Source: Dictyostelium discoideum
Lineage: Eukaryota
Direction of reading: 5' to 3'
Length of the DNA stretch: 64,000 bases
Assembly (NCBI GenBank): GCA_000004695.1
Contig: CM000152.2
Span: 1,888,001-1,952,000 of the forward strand
Below the pieces are notes generated by a model. The model ran no database searches. It worked only from the letters and a program-made list of their open reading frames with translations, and had not been told where the DNA came from. Below, in pieces: positions 40,580-53,565 of the stretch. Both the position numbers and the translations under genes were made by a program. Positions within the stretch are counted from its first letter, which is position 1; each line of letters opens with the position of its first letter.

Positions 40580-42763
40580 TTATCTTCTATATCTATATCT
40601 TTTGAAATTAAACCAAAGATGAAGTACACCTTTATCATCGAAAACACATTTGTAACCATATTTATGAGATTTTTCCCATTCTTTTTTAACGATTTTGAAA
40701 GCAATATCTTCATAAGGTGGACCGGCACTAAATCTTAGTATACAAGTGTCTGGATTATCAGGTGATGGTGATACAAAATATTGAGGTGATTTGGTAGTAT
40801 CAATAAGATCTGGATAAAAGATATTGAATTTATAACCTCTGACAACCTTTGGAGGAGGATTATCATAATCATAATGAGTACGATTATATTTAGTCCAGTC
40901 ATAACCAGTATGTACTCTATTGAAGAATCTTGGTTTTCTTGGTCTATGTTTATCATGCCAAGCATAATATTTTTGTTCTAATGGTACTTCTAAATCAAAT
41001 TGTTCTTCGAAATCATTATCTTCATCAAATTCATCTTTAGTTTCTTTGTTTTTATAATTACTATTATTATTATTATTATTATTGTTATTATTTGTTGATG
41101 TTGATGTAGTATTACTTTGATTATTATTGTTATCATCTGTATTTTCACTGTTAAATGGTAAATTCATATCATTTGCAACACCTTTCAAATATTTCTCGGT
41201 TTCCATTTCTGAAAGTTTCAATTTAAGATTTTCTGTGAATCTTTCAGACAAGAAAGAAGATGCTTTATACATTTTCAAATGCTTTAATAAAGTTTCCCAA
41301 TATTCAACATTCATTGCAGAACCAGATTCTAATTTCTTGATAATATCAACCTCTAAATCGCATAGTTCCTTATATGATTTACCAGATAGAATTGATTTAA
41401 TATTTGGTGTCAATGAATGATGTAATGCAGTCGAATCACCAAAACCACTACCATTACCATTCCCATTACCATTATTATTGGTTTCATTATTTTTACTTTC
41501 AATTAATTGTAGTTGATAATTTGTTAATTCTAAAGCAGCATCCCAAAATTCTAAATTACTTTTATCATTATCTAAATAAGTGAATTCACGTAAACCTTCA
41601 ATTAATTCTTCAAGTTCATTAGTGGAATCTAAAGATTGAATTAACATTACAGGATCACGATTACCTCTATAGTCGAATGGTAATGATTGCATGTGAATTG
41701 CTCTATAGAGGTAATCCAATGGTTTTGAACGATTATCTAATAGACGTGATTCACAACGTTTACAAGCTTGAATGAAATGAAATTCCTCTTCTTTTTTTTC
41801 CAACTCTTCATTGTTTGACATATCTCTCATACGTTGTAAACGTTCTTTCTCTTCTTCCCAAATTTCTTTTTCCTTTTCACGTTGTTCACGTTTTGCTTTG
41901 GCCTTTTCAATTTCTTGTTGAATTTCTTCTCTTCTCTTCTTTCCAAATTTTTCATCGTATTCACTTGGTTTCATACCATCTTTAATCAACTTATCTCTTT
42001 TTGCCTTCCAAACGAATTTCTCTTGTAAATTTACATCATTGAATGGATTGGTCATATTTGAATAACCAGATAAATCTAAACCACTCTTTTTATTCTCTTC
42101 TTTTCTTTGTTTCTTTTCTAATCTTCTCTTTCTTTTCTCTTCTGGTGTTTCTCTAGCTTTTCTTTCTTCTTTTTCTTTCTTTTCTTGTTTCTTTCTTTTT
42201 CTTCTTTCTTCTTTACTCTCTTTATTTGATGTTGATGATGTTGATGTTGATGATGATGATTTTCTTTTTCTTTCATAGTCACTATCATCGCTTCCACTAC
42301 TACTATCACTATCACTATCACTATCGCTATAATCTTTTCTATTTCTTTTATAACTTGATGATTTTTTATCTCTTGATCTTGATCTTGATTTTGATCTATC
42401 TTTTTCAGAAGATGACTTTTTCTTATCTCTGGATCTTGACCTATCTCTATATTTTCTATCTCTGTCTATGTCTCTACTTCTATCTCGTTCCTCACTTCTA
42501 TCTCTATCTTTTTTATTTCTCTCCTTACTTCTATCTCTATCTCTTTCTCTATCTCTTTGGTTTTCTTTGTCTCTGCCTCTATATCTGTCCCTTTCTTCAC
42601 TTCTATCTCTGTCTCTATCCATTCTATCTCTTTCACCATCCCTATCTCTTTCTCTATCTCTATCTCGATCTCTTTCTCTATCTCTATCTTTTCCCCTATC
42701 TCTTTCTCTATCCCTATCTCTTTCTCGGTTTCTATCTCGGTCTCTATCTTTATCGTCACTCAT
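40580..42763 (-). CDS. cactin: Cactin homolog. It has an RD/RS/RE-rich N-terminus, a Cactin_mid domain and the conserved cactin C-terminal domain. Single exon, about 727 aa, with the real ATG at 42763.
   Basis: The C-terminus '[84 protein letters not shown]' is the cactin C-terminal signature. The N-terminus is '[18 protein letters not shown]...'. The ORF-track start at 42787 is a TTG. Confidence 0.8.
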   Translation of the reverse strand: MSDDKDRDRDRNRERDRDRERDRGKDRDRERDRDRDRERDRDGERDRMDRDRDRSEERDRYRGRDKENQRDRERDRDRSKERNKKDRDRSEERDRSRDIDRDRKYRDRSRSRDKKKSSSEKDRSKSRSRSRDKKSSSYKRNRKDYSDSDSDSDSSSGSDDSDYERKRKSSSSTSTSSTSNKESKEERRKRKKQEKKEKEERKARETPEEKRKRRLEKKQRKEENKKSGLDLSGYSNMTNPFNDVNLQEKFVWKAKRDKLIKDGMKPSEYDEKFGKKRREEIQQEIEKAKAKREQREKEKEIWEEEKERLQRMRDMSNNEELEKKEEEFHFIQACKRCESRLLDNRSKPLDYLYRAIHMQSLPFDYRGNRDPVMLIQSLDSTNELEELIEGLREFTYLDNDKSNLEFWDAALELTNYQLQLIESKNNETNNNGNGNGNGSGFGDSTALHHSLTPNIKSILSGKSYKELCDLEVDIIKKLESGSAMNVEYWETLLKHLKMYKASSFLSERFTENLKLKLSEMETEKYLKGVANDMNLPFNSENTDDNNNNQSNTTSTSTNNNNNNNNNNSNYKNKETKDEFDEDNDFEEQFDLEVPLEQKYYAWHDKHRPRKPRFFNRVHTGYDWTKYNRTHYDYDNPPPKVVRGYKFNIFYPDLIDTTKSPQYFVSPSPDNPDTCILRFSAGPPYEDIAFKIVKKEWEKSHKYGYKCVFDDKGVLHLWFNFKRYRYRR

Positions 42764-42827
42764 TTTTATGAAAATATAAAAAGACAATAAAACAAATAAC
42801 CAAAAATGAAAATTAAAAAAAAAAAAA

Positions 42828-42859
<32 letters not shown>

Positions 42860-43109
42860 GTTTTTTTTTTTTTCATATTTTTTTCAATTTCCAATTGTGG
42901 AAAATCTTTCAAATAATTACTTTTTATTTTAAATTAATAATATATTAATTAAAAATTTTAATTTATTAAATTAATAGATTAAAAAAAAAAAAAAAAAAAA
43001 CCAATTATTAAAAAAAATAACAATGATAAAATTCCCTAATTTTATTTTTTTAAAAATAATAATAAAAAATTATAAATAATAATAAAAATAATAATAAACA
43101 AATAAAAAA

Positions 43110-44313
43110 ATGAATTTAAATAAATACAAAAAAAGACAAAAATCAAATCTTTGGAAAGATAAAGTAAATGAAATTATTGATCAAGTAAGTTTAATCAATA
43201 ATCGAAGAAAAATAAAATTAAAAAAAATAAAATAAAAAGTATTGGGTGAAAAAAAAAAAAAAAAAAATCAAAATGGATTATTAAAAAGAAATAAAAAAAA
43301 AATTTTATTTTGTAAAATATGTATAGAAATTTACTTTTTCAAAATTTAATAATAATAATACCTCTGAAACTATTATTGAAGAAAATTGCTCACCAGAAAA
43401 GTTTGATAGATTATCAATATTATTTGAATCTGATAAAAATAACAATATAAAAAATATCTTTAATAATAATAATAATTATAATAATTATAATAATAGTGAT
43501 AATTTCAATTTAACAAAATTTTGGTTATTAAAAGACAATTTAACAATTTATGAATGGAAAAATTTTAATTATGTTAATATACAAAATCAAATAATTGAAA
43601 ATTTAGAAAACCAATTTGAAAAATCATTACTTCATAATGATGATTTTCAAATTACCAAAACCATAAAATTCAATCAAATTAGATGTGAACCTACAATTGG
43701 ATATAGACCAAATAATAGAATAATTAATAGTAATAATAATAGTAATAATGAAGAAAATTATCATCCATCAATAGTATTTGATGTTGGATTTTATCAAACT
43801 TTAAATGATTTGCTATTAAAATCAAAATTTTATTTTACATTCAACAATATTAAAATAGTAATATTATTAAAATTTTGGTTCAATGAAATAGATAATTCAT
43901 ATAAAATTTTATTAATTCAAATTTTAAAAGATGGAAATAATTTTTCAAATAATAATAATAATAATAATTTTTCAAATAATAATAATAATAATAATTTTTC
44001 AAATAATAATAATAATAATAATAATAATAGTAAACCATTAAAATTAAAAATTGAAAGAATATTAATATTAGGAAATAATAATGATATTATTGATGATAAG
44101 TCAATATTATCAATTATAAATAATTGGTTTTGTGAAATGTGTGATTACAAAAGAAATAAAAGTTTAAACAATGATTGCGGTGGTTCCAATTTAATTGAAT
44201 TACCATTATCACATTTATACTATAACGTACCAGATGGTGAAATTTCAAAAAATCAAAAAAATATTAAAATCGATATCAATCAAATAATTCAAATTATTGA
44301 TAATTTTAAATAG
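43110..44313 (+). CDS. Hypothetical protein with poly-N tracts and no recognised domain. Two exons: 43110..43184 and 43327..44313, about 353 aa.
   Basis: ATG at 43110, a GTAAGT donor at 43185 and a TATAG acceptor ending at 43326. The phase matches ORF 43810..44313. The composition is coding-like against an AT-rich background. Confidence 0.45.
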
Positions 44314-44546
44314 CTAAAAAAAATAAAATAAAATAAAATAAAATAAAAAATAAATAAAATATAAAATTAGAAACTTTCGCTTTTTTAAAAAAAAATAAAA
44401 ATAAAAATAAAAAAAATTTTGAAAAAAAAAAAAAAAAAAAAAAACGACAAATTGTGTTTTTTTTTCGTTAATTCATTATTTTTGATTTTTATTTATTTTT
44501 TTTTTTATTGTTACTCTACTACTAATATATAAATATATAAAAATAA

Positions 44547-46192
44547 ATGGAAGAAGAAACCAAAGTAGTTAAAAAAGTTACTGGACCAGCCAAACCTCAA
44601 AAATTAAGATCAATTGATGTTGAATTAGCTCAAAAATTAAATACTGGTAGTAGCCAAACCAAATCATCAGCACTCTATAAATTAAGATCTGTTGTAAAGA
44701 ATGAAAAATTAACAGAAATTCAATTATTAAAAATTTGGAAAGGTTTATTTTTAAGTATGTAAAAAAAAAAAAAAAAAAAATACACACAAATATATTCTAA
44801 TATTATTATTATTTTTTAGGTTTATATAATACAGATAAACCAATTGTCCAAGAAGAATTTTCAAGAGATATTTCAAAATTAACAACTTATTTTAAAGATT
44901 ATAAAGATTCATTAATGTTTATAAAATGTTTTTTCATTATTTTACAAAAACATTGGGATTACATAGACAAATATCGTGTTGATAAATTCTATTCATTGGT
45001 ACGTAAAATGTTGAATTCATCATTCCAAATTTTAAAGAAAAGAAACGCACAACATGAAGAAGGAAGTGAGGAAGAGGAAGCAAGATTAGCATTGAATGAG
45101 CAGATTTATAGTGGTTTAGTGAAAATCTTTAAGAGTACCGTATTGAATACATCATCCGATTCAACTACAAATACAAATGGTGTCTTACTTCATTTCGCTG
45201 ATATCTATTTAGAAGAATTATTTAAAGTGACACAAGGTCATATGGAACCAATTAATTTGACTAAAATTTTATTACCATTTGTAAACTTTTTAACAAAGAG
45301 TGAAGATGACGTATCTTGTAAACGTATCAAAGAAAGAGTTTTCGATCGTCTCTTAACAACTTATTCACCATTTGATAAAAAAGATGCTTATTATTTACCA
45401 AAAGTTGGTGTTTCCTCTTCAACTCCTGAAATTTTCCCAACTGATTATGAAATGTTTTCAAAATTATTCTTTAAATGTGCTTCTTCAAAGTAAATATTTA
45501 TTAATTTACAAATATATATAATATATAAATATAATTAAATACTAATTTAACTCTTTTTTTTTTTTTTTTTTATTATTCCCAGAGATACATTAGAACAAAA
45601 TAGAAAAACACTTTATGGTTTAAAAAATCAATTCAAGAGAGCACAAGCAGCATTAGAAGAATTAGAAGAATTAGCAGATAATATAGTTTTAGATGAAAAT
45701 GGTGATATCGTTGAAAATCCAAATGTAAATCCAGAAGATTTACAAGGTGATGATAGTGATGATAGTGATGAAGAGTTTGATGTTGATCAAATGGATAGTG
45801 AGGATAGTGGTGAAGGTGAATTTGATGATGAAATCGATGCCGATGATGCTGAGGAATTAGATGATGATGATGATGAAGAATTTGATGAAGAATTGGATGA
45901 AGAAGATGAGGAAGAAGAAGAGGAAGAGGAAGAGGAAGTTCCACCACCACCACCAACAAAAAATTTAAAATCAAAACCATCACCAGTTACTCAAAAAAAT
46001 AAACAACAACAACAACAACCACCAGCAAAACCAGCACCAATTACTAAAAAACAACAACAATCACCAGCTAAACCAACTCAAGTTACTAAAAAACAACAAT
46101 CACCAGCAAAACCAACACCAGTTACTAAAAAACAACAATCACCAGTCAAACCAACTTCACCAAAAGTTGTCAAAAAACCAACAAGAAAATAA
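44547..46192 (+). CDS. RRP1/Nop52-family nucleolar rRNA-processing protein with an acidic/lysine-rich tail. Three exons: 44547..44754, 44820..45489 and 45583..46192, about 495 aa.
   Basis: The Nop52 signature 'EIQLLKIWKGLF|LSLYNTDKPIVQEEFSRDISKL' is restored across a GTATGT...TTTTAG intron. Acidic D/E runs precede C-terminal 'QQSPAKPT(P/Q)VTKK' repeats. The second intron has a GTAAAT donor and a CCCAG acceptor. Confidence 0.65.
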
Positions 46193-46534
46193 AACTTTAG
46201 AAAATAAATAAAAATAAAAAAAATAAAAAAAAATATAAAAAATCCATTACACTATTTATTATTTTATTCATTTTTTGTGTTATTTCTAAATTTTATACTT
46301 ATCTGTTGTTTTTTTTTTTTTTTTAATTTAAAAAATAATTCAAATTTAGTAATTACTCAATTAAATATTAAAAACAAATATCCAACACATTTTATGTTAA
46401 AAAATTTAATTTTATTTTTTTTTTTTATTTTTTTTTTTTATTTTTAATTTGGCTAACATGGACTGCATTAAAAAATTTAATTTTAATTTTTTTTTTTTTT
46501 TTTTCATTTTAAAATTTTTCATTTAAATTACTAA

Positions 46535-47186
46535 ATGAACCCACAGATTACTACAACTTCTTCTTCTTCTTCTTCTTCTTTTTCTTCTTCAACACCAATA
46601 CTAACACCAACACCAACTAAAATAAAAGTAACAACAAATAATAATAATACATCACCAAATACTACAACTTTAAATACATCAACAACACACAACAATACAA
46701 CATCAACGACAGAAAATGATAATACTAATTGTGAAAAGAAAAAGAATAAACCAATAAAAATAAAAAGAGATAATGGAGTTATCATTAATAATAATGTATC
46801 ACTTTCAAAAGCTAGAAAACAATTTGGTTCAATAAAATTTGAAGATTTTATTATTGTTGAACAACAACCAACAACTACCGCCACCACAACAACTGGTGTA
46901 AACACAACATCAACCACTACTACCAATACAACCTCATCAATACCGACAGAAAAACTTAAAAAGAAGAAGAATTTCTTAATAAAAGATGAAAAACCTCCAA
47001 AACCAACTAGATTAAAAAGAGATATACAACTATTCACTTCAATTAAAGAAAACTATACAAAAGAAAAACAATTACAAAAAGAAGAAAATAAAATAAATAT
47101 AGAAAATCAATCTGAAAAAACAAATATTTCAATTGAAAATCATGAGAATACTGATGAAAATCTGGAAAATAATGTAAAAAGCCTTG

Positions 47187-47218
<32 letters not shown>

Positions 47219-48274
47219 CCACAAGTTCAACAACAAGTCCAACAACAAGTTCAACAACAAAATTTTCAAGAATATATAAATCAAATTTTACCAAATAATG
47301 ATATAAATAATACTTGTAAAGAATTAATTGGAATATTAAGAAAATTTCAAGAGAAATCATATTTAAATAATCCAGATAAACCAAAAAAAAGATATATTTG
47401 TGGATTAAGAGAAACTTTAAAATTTGTAGAATCAAATAAAGTCTCATGTGTAATTATAACACCAACCATTGAAGAGAATGGTGCATTAAATAAAATTGTT
47501 GAAGATATAGTTAGAATGTGTAAATCAAGATCTATTCTATACACGTTTGCATTATCAAGTAGATCATTAGGTAAATTAATAGGTAAAACAATTAAAATCA
47601 CTGTATTGGGTATATTAGATTATGATGGTGCAAATGAAATCTATCAAAAATTATTCACTCAAACAAAACAATCTAGAGATGAATTCTTTAAAATTCAAAA
47701 TATATTAAAGTTAAAAGAAAAAGAAGAAAAAGAACTTGAAAAAGTAGAAAAAGTACAAAAAGAAGAAAATCATATAGAAAATACAACAACGGCAACAACA
47801 ACAACAACAACTACTACTACTACCATTACAACAAATAATATACCTAAAAAATCAATACTAATTGTAGATGATGAAAAAATAAAATTAATGTTAGAAAGAA
47901 AAGAAAATATTGAGCAATATAAAGAGATTGAAACATTGTATAAAGAAGAGAAAAAGGAATTTAAAAAACAATATAAAGAACAACAAAAGGAGTTTCAAGT
48001 AATTAGACAACAAAAGAAAGAATTGGAAGAAAAAAAAGAACAAGAAAGAAAGAGACTTCAAAGATTAAAGCAAAAAGATATAAAACAACAACCACAACCA
48101 CAACAACAAAATCAAAATCCAAAAAAATTAAATTTTGGAAATAATAACAACACAACATTACAAAAAGATGTTTCTGATCAATTATTATATGATAACACTA
48201 ATGAAGTAATTCATTCTCAAACAAACAGCAAAACAACTGAAAAATCAAATAATAAAAAAAAAAATAAAAAATAA
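46535..48274 (+). CDS. L7Ae/L30e-domain protein resembling SECIS-binding protein 2 (SBP2-like). Single exon, 579 aa.
   Basis: 'KKRYICGLRETLKFVESNKVSCVIITPTIEENGALNKIVEDIVRMCKSRSILYTFALSSRSLGKLIGKTIKITVLGILDYDGANE' matches the SBP2 L7Ae RNA-binding module (RRFVxGLREV...FALNRKALG...VGIFSYDGA). It is flanked by low-complexity K/E/Q/T-rich sequence. Confidence 0.5.
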
Positions 48275-48482
48275 TCTATATATATGATTTTATTTATAAA
48301 ATTTTTTTTAAAAAAGATATGTTTAATTAAAAGGGTATTCATTGAAACAAAACAAATCAATAAATAAAAATAAAAAATAAAATAAAATAAAATATTTAGG
48401 AGATCCCCCACTAAAAATAAAAAATACTTCATTTTCTAAAAAAAAAAAAAAAAAATCAGTTTTTTTTTTACAGTGGGAGATA

Positions 48483-48514
<32 letters not shown>

Positions 48515-48567
48515 TCGAATTAAAATAATTTTCATCGAATTAAACCCTCTTTACTTTAATTATTTTT

Positions 48568-48599
<32 letters not shown>

Positions 48600-48669
48600 C
48601 TTGGGCAATTCCTTTTTTTAAGTTTTTTTTTTTTTAACTAATTTTCTACTCAGCATCCTAATTTGAGAA

Positions 48670-49581
48670 ATGAATAAAATGTTTTTTAAAATATTTATAC
48701 TAATAATTTTAATTAATTTTATAAGTGGTAGGTTTCTTTTTTTTTTTTCTTTTTTTTTTTTCGTTTTTTATTTTTTTGATCTTAACATTTTTTTTTTTTT
48801 TTTTATTAAAAATCAAGTTTGCAAATCATTTTATAGTGTAACAACGAATGAATTTAAAGTTTCAGACCTTTCAGATTATTATAATGGAGGACCTAGTGAT
48901 TATTATTCAACTGGATCTCAAGCTTATTGTTCAAAATTTTTTTTTGCTTTAGTTGAACCATTAACAAATATTTTACCAAAACAAGCAATCAATGGAGTCA
49001 ATTATGCAAATGGTTCAAGTGATTCAAGAGTATTTCAATTATATTTAGTTTCTAATTCATTAGGTACAACTTATTATAATATTATTATTCAAGATTATAA
49101 TTCAAACAATTATACAATACAACAATTTTTTAAATTAGAATGTACTTGTAAGTATTTCTTTTCTTTTAATTTTTATTTATTATCATTTATTTAATTTTAT
49201 TTTACTATAGTTTTTTTAATTTTTTTTTTTAATTTTTTTTTTTTATAAAATAAATAGTACCACCAGATCCAATTATAACAAATGTAACAAATAATCAATT
49301 ATACAAATATCCATTTAGAGGTTTATATTATACTTTGGTAAAATTTGAAAATTTGGAGAAACCATTTAAAGTTAATTATATGGATTTTGTTTATCAAAAA
49401 TATTCAAATGGTTTTCAACCATATTCATTTTCTGGTGCAATTGATAAATTTTTTGTCTCAAAATTTTTAATTTCTCCAACTTCTGTTTTTTCAAATGATA
49501 ATATTATTGTAAACAATTCATATAGTTCATTTTCTTCAAAATTTAATGATTATATTTTAAAACCTTATTTTACAAAGAGTA

Positions 49582-49621
<40 letters not shown>

Positions 49622-52600
49622 AATTTAATCACAATTTAATTAATTTATTATTATTTTTTTAAAATAGATACATCTTTTGCTGGTAATATAATTGTTTCAA
49701 ATTTTAATAAATATCCAAGTGATTGTACAGTTTTACCATATGGACAATGCGTAGTTTTAATAGATTTAATAATGAATTCTACAAATTATTATTTATTATC
49801 AAATAATACTAATTTGGGAAATCCACAATTAGTTTCAGGTACTGAATTAAGTGGTAAATACTATTTATCGATTCCTCCAAGATTTGGATCATCAGGAGGT
49901 GTTTCAATTGGTTCTTTTGAAAATGGATTATATACAAGGTATATTTTAAACTTTCCAGTAGCTTATACTTATCCTCCAGCTCCAGCAATAGTTAATTCTG
50001 TTTTTACATTACAAACTCTAGATGGCAAAACAGTTCAATTTGGTGGTCAACTAAATAATTCTTTCCCATATTTTGGTGATTTATATTTTTCAAATAAAAA
50101 AGGTGGACCAAATAGACCAAATACAAAAGCACCATCTTGCTATCCTTATCTTGGTGGTACAAAAGATAAATTAATGTTTTCCTTAATCTTACCAATATCA
50201 AGTTATTCAAGATCAGTTTCACCCTATATGGCAATCTCTTATACGTTTATGAATTTAGTTGGTACAAATTTTAATTTGGTGACACAAATAACACCAACTT
50301 TAACTGGTGATACAACACCTCCAGTAATTGAAAATTTTGAAATCTTTGAAAATCCTTCAAATCCTGATGAAGTTATAATTAGAATGGATATTACCGATCA
50401 AGTTAGTGGTGTTCGTTATGTTGAAATTTCGTGTGGTTTTGGTTCATTACAAACCTATATTTACAGAGGTGATTCCACAGATTTAGTTGAAGGTACTATT
50501 TTTAGTGGTGTTTATCAATTTTCAATACCAAAATACTATACACGTGACCGTATTTCCATGTATATAGTTGATAATGCTATCAATGTTCTTTACCTTTCAA
50601 CTTATTCAGTATATAAGGGATTAAAAAGAGTTGAACCTTTCCCATATCCAGTAATAACACTTTTAGATATTGGTAATGTTTACTTTGAAAAGAATGATTT
50701 AGATCTATCAAATAATGGTGCTGATAATATTCTATATATTCAATTAAAGAATAATACTATAAAGAATCTATCATTCTCTTTGGTACCATTTTTTAATATT
50801 GAAGATAAAACACCAGATTTAACTATTGCAAATGAAGATTATTTCTATGGCAACCGTAAAAATTATCAAAGTAAATGGAATGAAACTTTACAATTGTATC
50901 AAATTGAATTCACAATTCCAGCTCGTTTACCAACTGGTGTGCTATCATATAATATAAATCCAGTTGAAAATTTAAATAGTGCGGTATTATACTCAATGTT
51001 TGGTACAAATAGTGAATTAAGAGTAAAAAGTAATGATTGTGATATAATGGGACCAATTGTTAGCTCTTTTCAAGTGACTCCAAGTTCAACAGTCACCATT
51101 CCAATTTCACCAACTCAATCTACAATGATTGGTTTTAACTTTTTAATTGAGGATCATTTAAATGGTATCAATAGTGTTTATATCACAATTGCTTCAAATC
51201 TTGATTTAGTTGGTTATGAATTTAAATTTGAAAATATTACAGGTACTCCATTACAATATTCTGTTGATGCAAAATTCCCAATTCATTCATATGATAAACC
51301 ACAAACATATACCATTTCAAATTTTAAAACAATTGATGGCCAAGGTTTCGTTGCAGAGTATCCAAATTTGGTAAAAGTTAATCCATTGTTTAAATTTATA
51401 AATAGTGGTCAAATATCAATTTCAACCATCAATGATGTGATTGGAAATTATATTCAAGATACCACACCACCACTTTTAACAAGTTGGAATGTTTCAAAAC
51501 AAACAGTACAAGATTTGGATAATATCTTGTTATTTGATTTCACAATTGAAGATTTAGAATCTGGTGTTTCAATTGTAAATAATCCATCAGTTATAATAGT
51601 TTGTGATAATAGTTTACTAATTGAAGGTAAATCAGAGATTATTTCAACAGTTCCAAATAGCAACAATCAATACATTAATAAATCCATAACTTATAGAGCT
51701 AAAATTACAGTACCATTTTTATTTGGTTATCCAAATGGTATCTCTTTAGGATTATACGGTATTTATGATAATCATCGTAATTTAAATGGTTTTGATGCAA
51801 AGAAATTAAATTCATTAGGTTTTCAATTTTTTGTAAATGCTCCATATGGTCAAAGTAATTCAATCATTACTTCATTATTCTATAATAGTGATGGTTTTAT
51901 TATTATTGAAGGTTTGAAATTTGGTATTAATCCAAAAGTTAAATTAATTAATACTCTATCAGGTGAAACTGTTATAAAAGCAATCCCAACTCCATACATT
52001 AATAAAACCATTATCTATTTAGATGCAATCGAATTTAGAAGTTCTTCACTTTCAAATGGTTTTAGAGTATATGTATCAAATAATGGTGTAGATTTTTCAA
52101 ATGATTTATTTGTTACCTTACCTGTAATTCCAACTGAATCACCAACACAAACTCAAACACCAACACAAACTCAAACACCAACACAAACTCAAACACAAAC
52201 ACCAACACAAACTCAAACACAAACACAAACACCAACACCAACACAAACTCAAACACCATTACCAACAAATACACCATCACCGTGCAAAGGTAATCCAATT
52301 TGTGGTGGTAATGATCAAGGTAAATGTACAAAATTAGGATGTGTTTGTATATTACCTTATTTTGGTGATGATTGTTCATCAAAGGTTATTATTGACATTA
52401 AGCCAACAGTTAATGAAACCCAACCACAAGTTACTATACCATATGAGCAAATTAATACAAAAGCAAAGGTATCAAGTTTAGTTTCAGTCTATTCTCTAAG
52501 AGAAATTGATTTTAATGGTAAAATAAAAAATGAATACCTTCTCGGGGAATGGGATTATGAAGTTCTCTCTGATAATGAATTTAAATATTCAACTGAAATC

Positions 52601-53278
52601 ATTAATAAAAACAATGCATCAAGTAGTACTAGCATCATTGCAATTATTAAAAAATTTGAAACTACAACTGATATAGTTTTTGCAAATGAAAAGATAACGA
52701 TGCTACCATCAACAATGAAATATTATATCAACATTTCAAATTATCAATTCATTAATGAATTACATAATTTAAATTTAGTTATGTACACATCGATATCAAC
52801 ATCCCAAACTGATGACGTTTGTTCAGCTAGTAGTTTTGGTGATTCATCATCACAATTGTCATCTCAATATATAAAGATTCAAATCAATGACGTCAGTCTC
52901 TATGGTGAATTCATTAAACGTGCTATAGTTGATGGTAGAATCATTGGGGTTTCCAATAGAAAACTAGATGAGGAATTATCATTAAATACTGGTAATAATG
53001 CACACACTTTTATTGCTATTGAAATTCCAAATTATAAAGATTCAATTGAATTGGATCCAAACTTTAGTGTACTATTAGAATCAAATTCACCAACTGATAA
53101 TTCAATTTGCAATAGCAATAATTCTGGTTTATCTAAAACCCAATTAATTGGTATCATTATTGGTTCAGTTTTCTTTGCTGTTGTTATTGCAATTGGTGTT
53201 ACTTATTTAGTTTTTAGAAATTCAACTTCACTTCGTATTAAAGCAAGATCTTTTAAATTAAAACCATTTAAAAAATAA
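48670..53278 (+). CDS. Large type-I transmembrane surface glycoprotein. It has a signal peptide, a roughly 1200-aa N-glycosylation-rich ectodomain, a (TQ/TP)n linker, an EGF-like Cys-rich module, one TM and a short basic tail. Four exons: 48670..48727, 48818..49147, 49258..49578 and 49668..53278, about 1439 aa.
   Basis: The signal peptide is 'MNKMFFKIFILIILINFIS'. The linker 'TQTQTPTQTQTPTQTQTQTPTQTQTQTQTPTPTQTQTP' is followed by 'CKGNPICGGNDQGKCTKLGCVCILPYFGDDCS'. The TM is 'LIGIIIGSVFFAVVIAIGVTYLVF', then 'RNSTSLRIKARSFKLKPFKK*'. Donors are GTAGGT, GTAAGT and GTAAGT, and all phases agree with ORFs 48670, 49335 and 49772. Confidence 0.65.
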
Positions 53279-53565
53279 TTTGTTAAAATACAAAATAAAT
53301 AAATAAATTAAAATTTGTATAATTGTAATAAATATAGTTATCAATTTCCATTTCCATTTTTTTTTTTATTTTTTTTTTTTTTATTTCTAAAGTCTCAAAA
53401 AGGTAAAACAAAATTAATTCTGATGAAAAATTATAAATCAAATAAATAAAAAAAATTGTTTATTACTTTGTTTTAAATCTACACATATAGATATATTTTT
53501 TTTTTTTTTAAAAAAAAAATTTTATTATCATTATTTTTATTTTTTATTTTTATATAAATTAAAAT

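Noticed and set aside
48395-48480. Imperfect inverted repeat 'atcccccactaaaaa ... tttttacagtgggaga' flanking a ~50-bp A/T stretch downstream of the SBP2-like gene.
   Set aside because: The stem is only ~11 bp with a mismatch/indel and is embedded in homopolymer. It is too weak to call a structured element.
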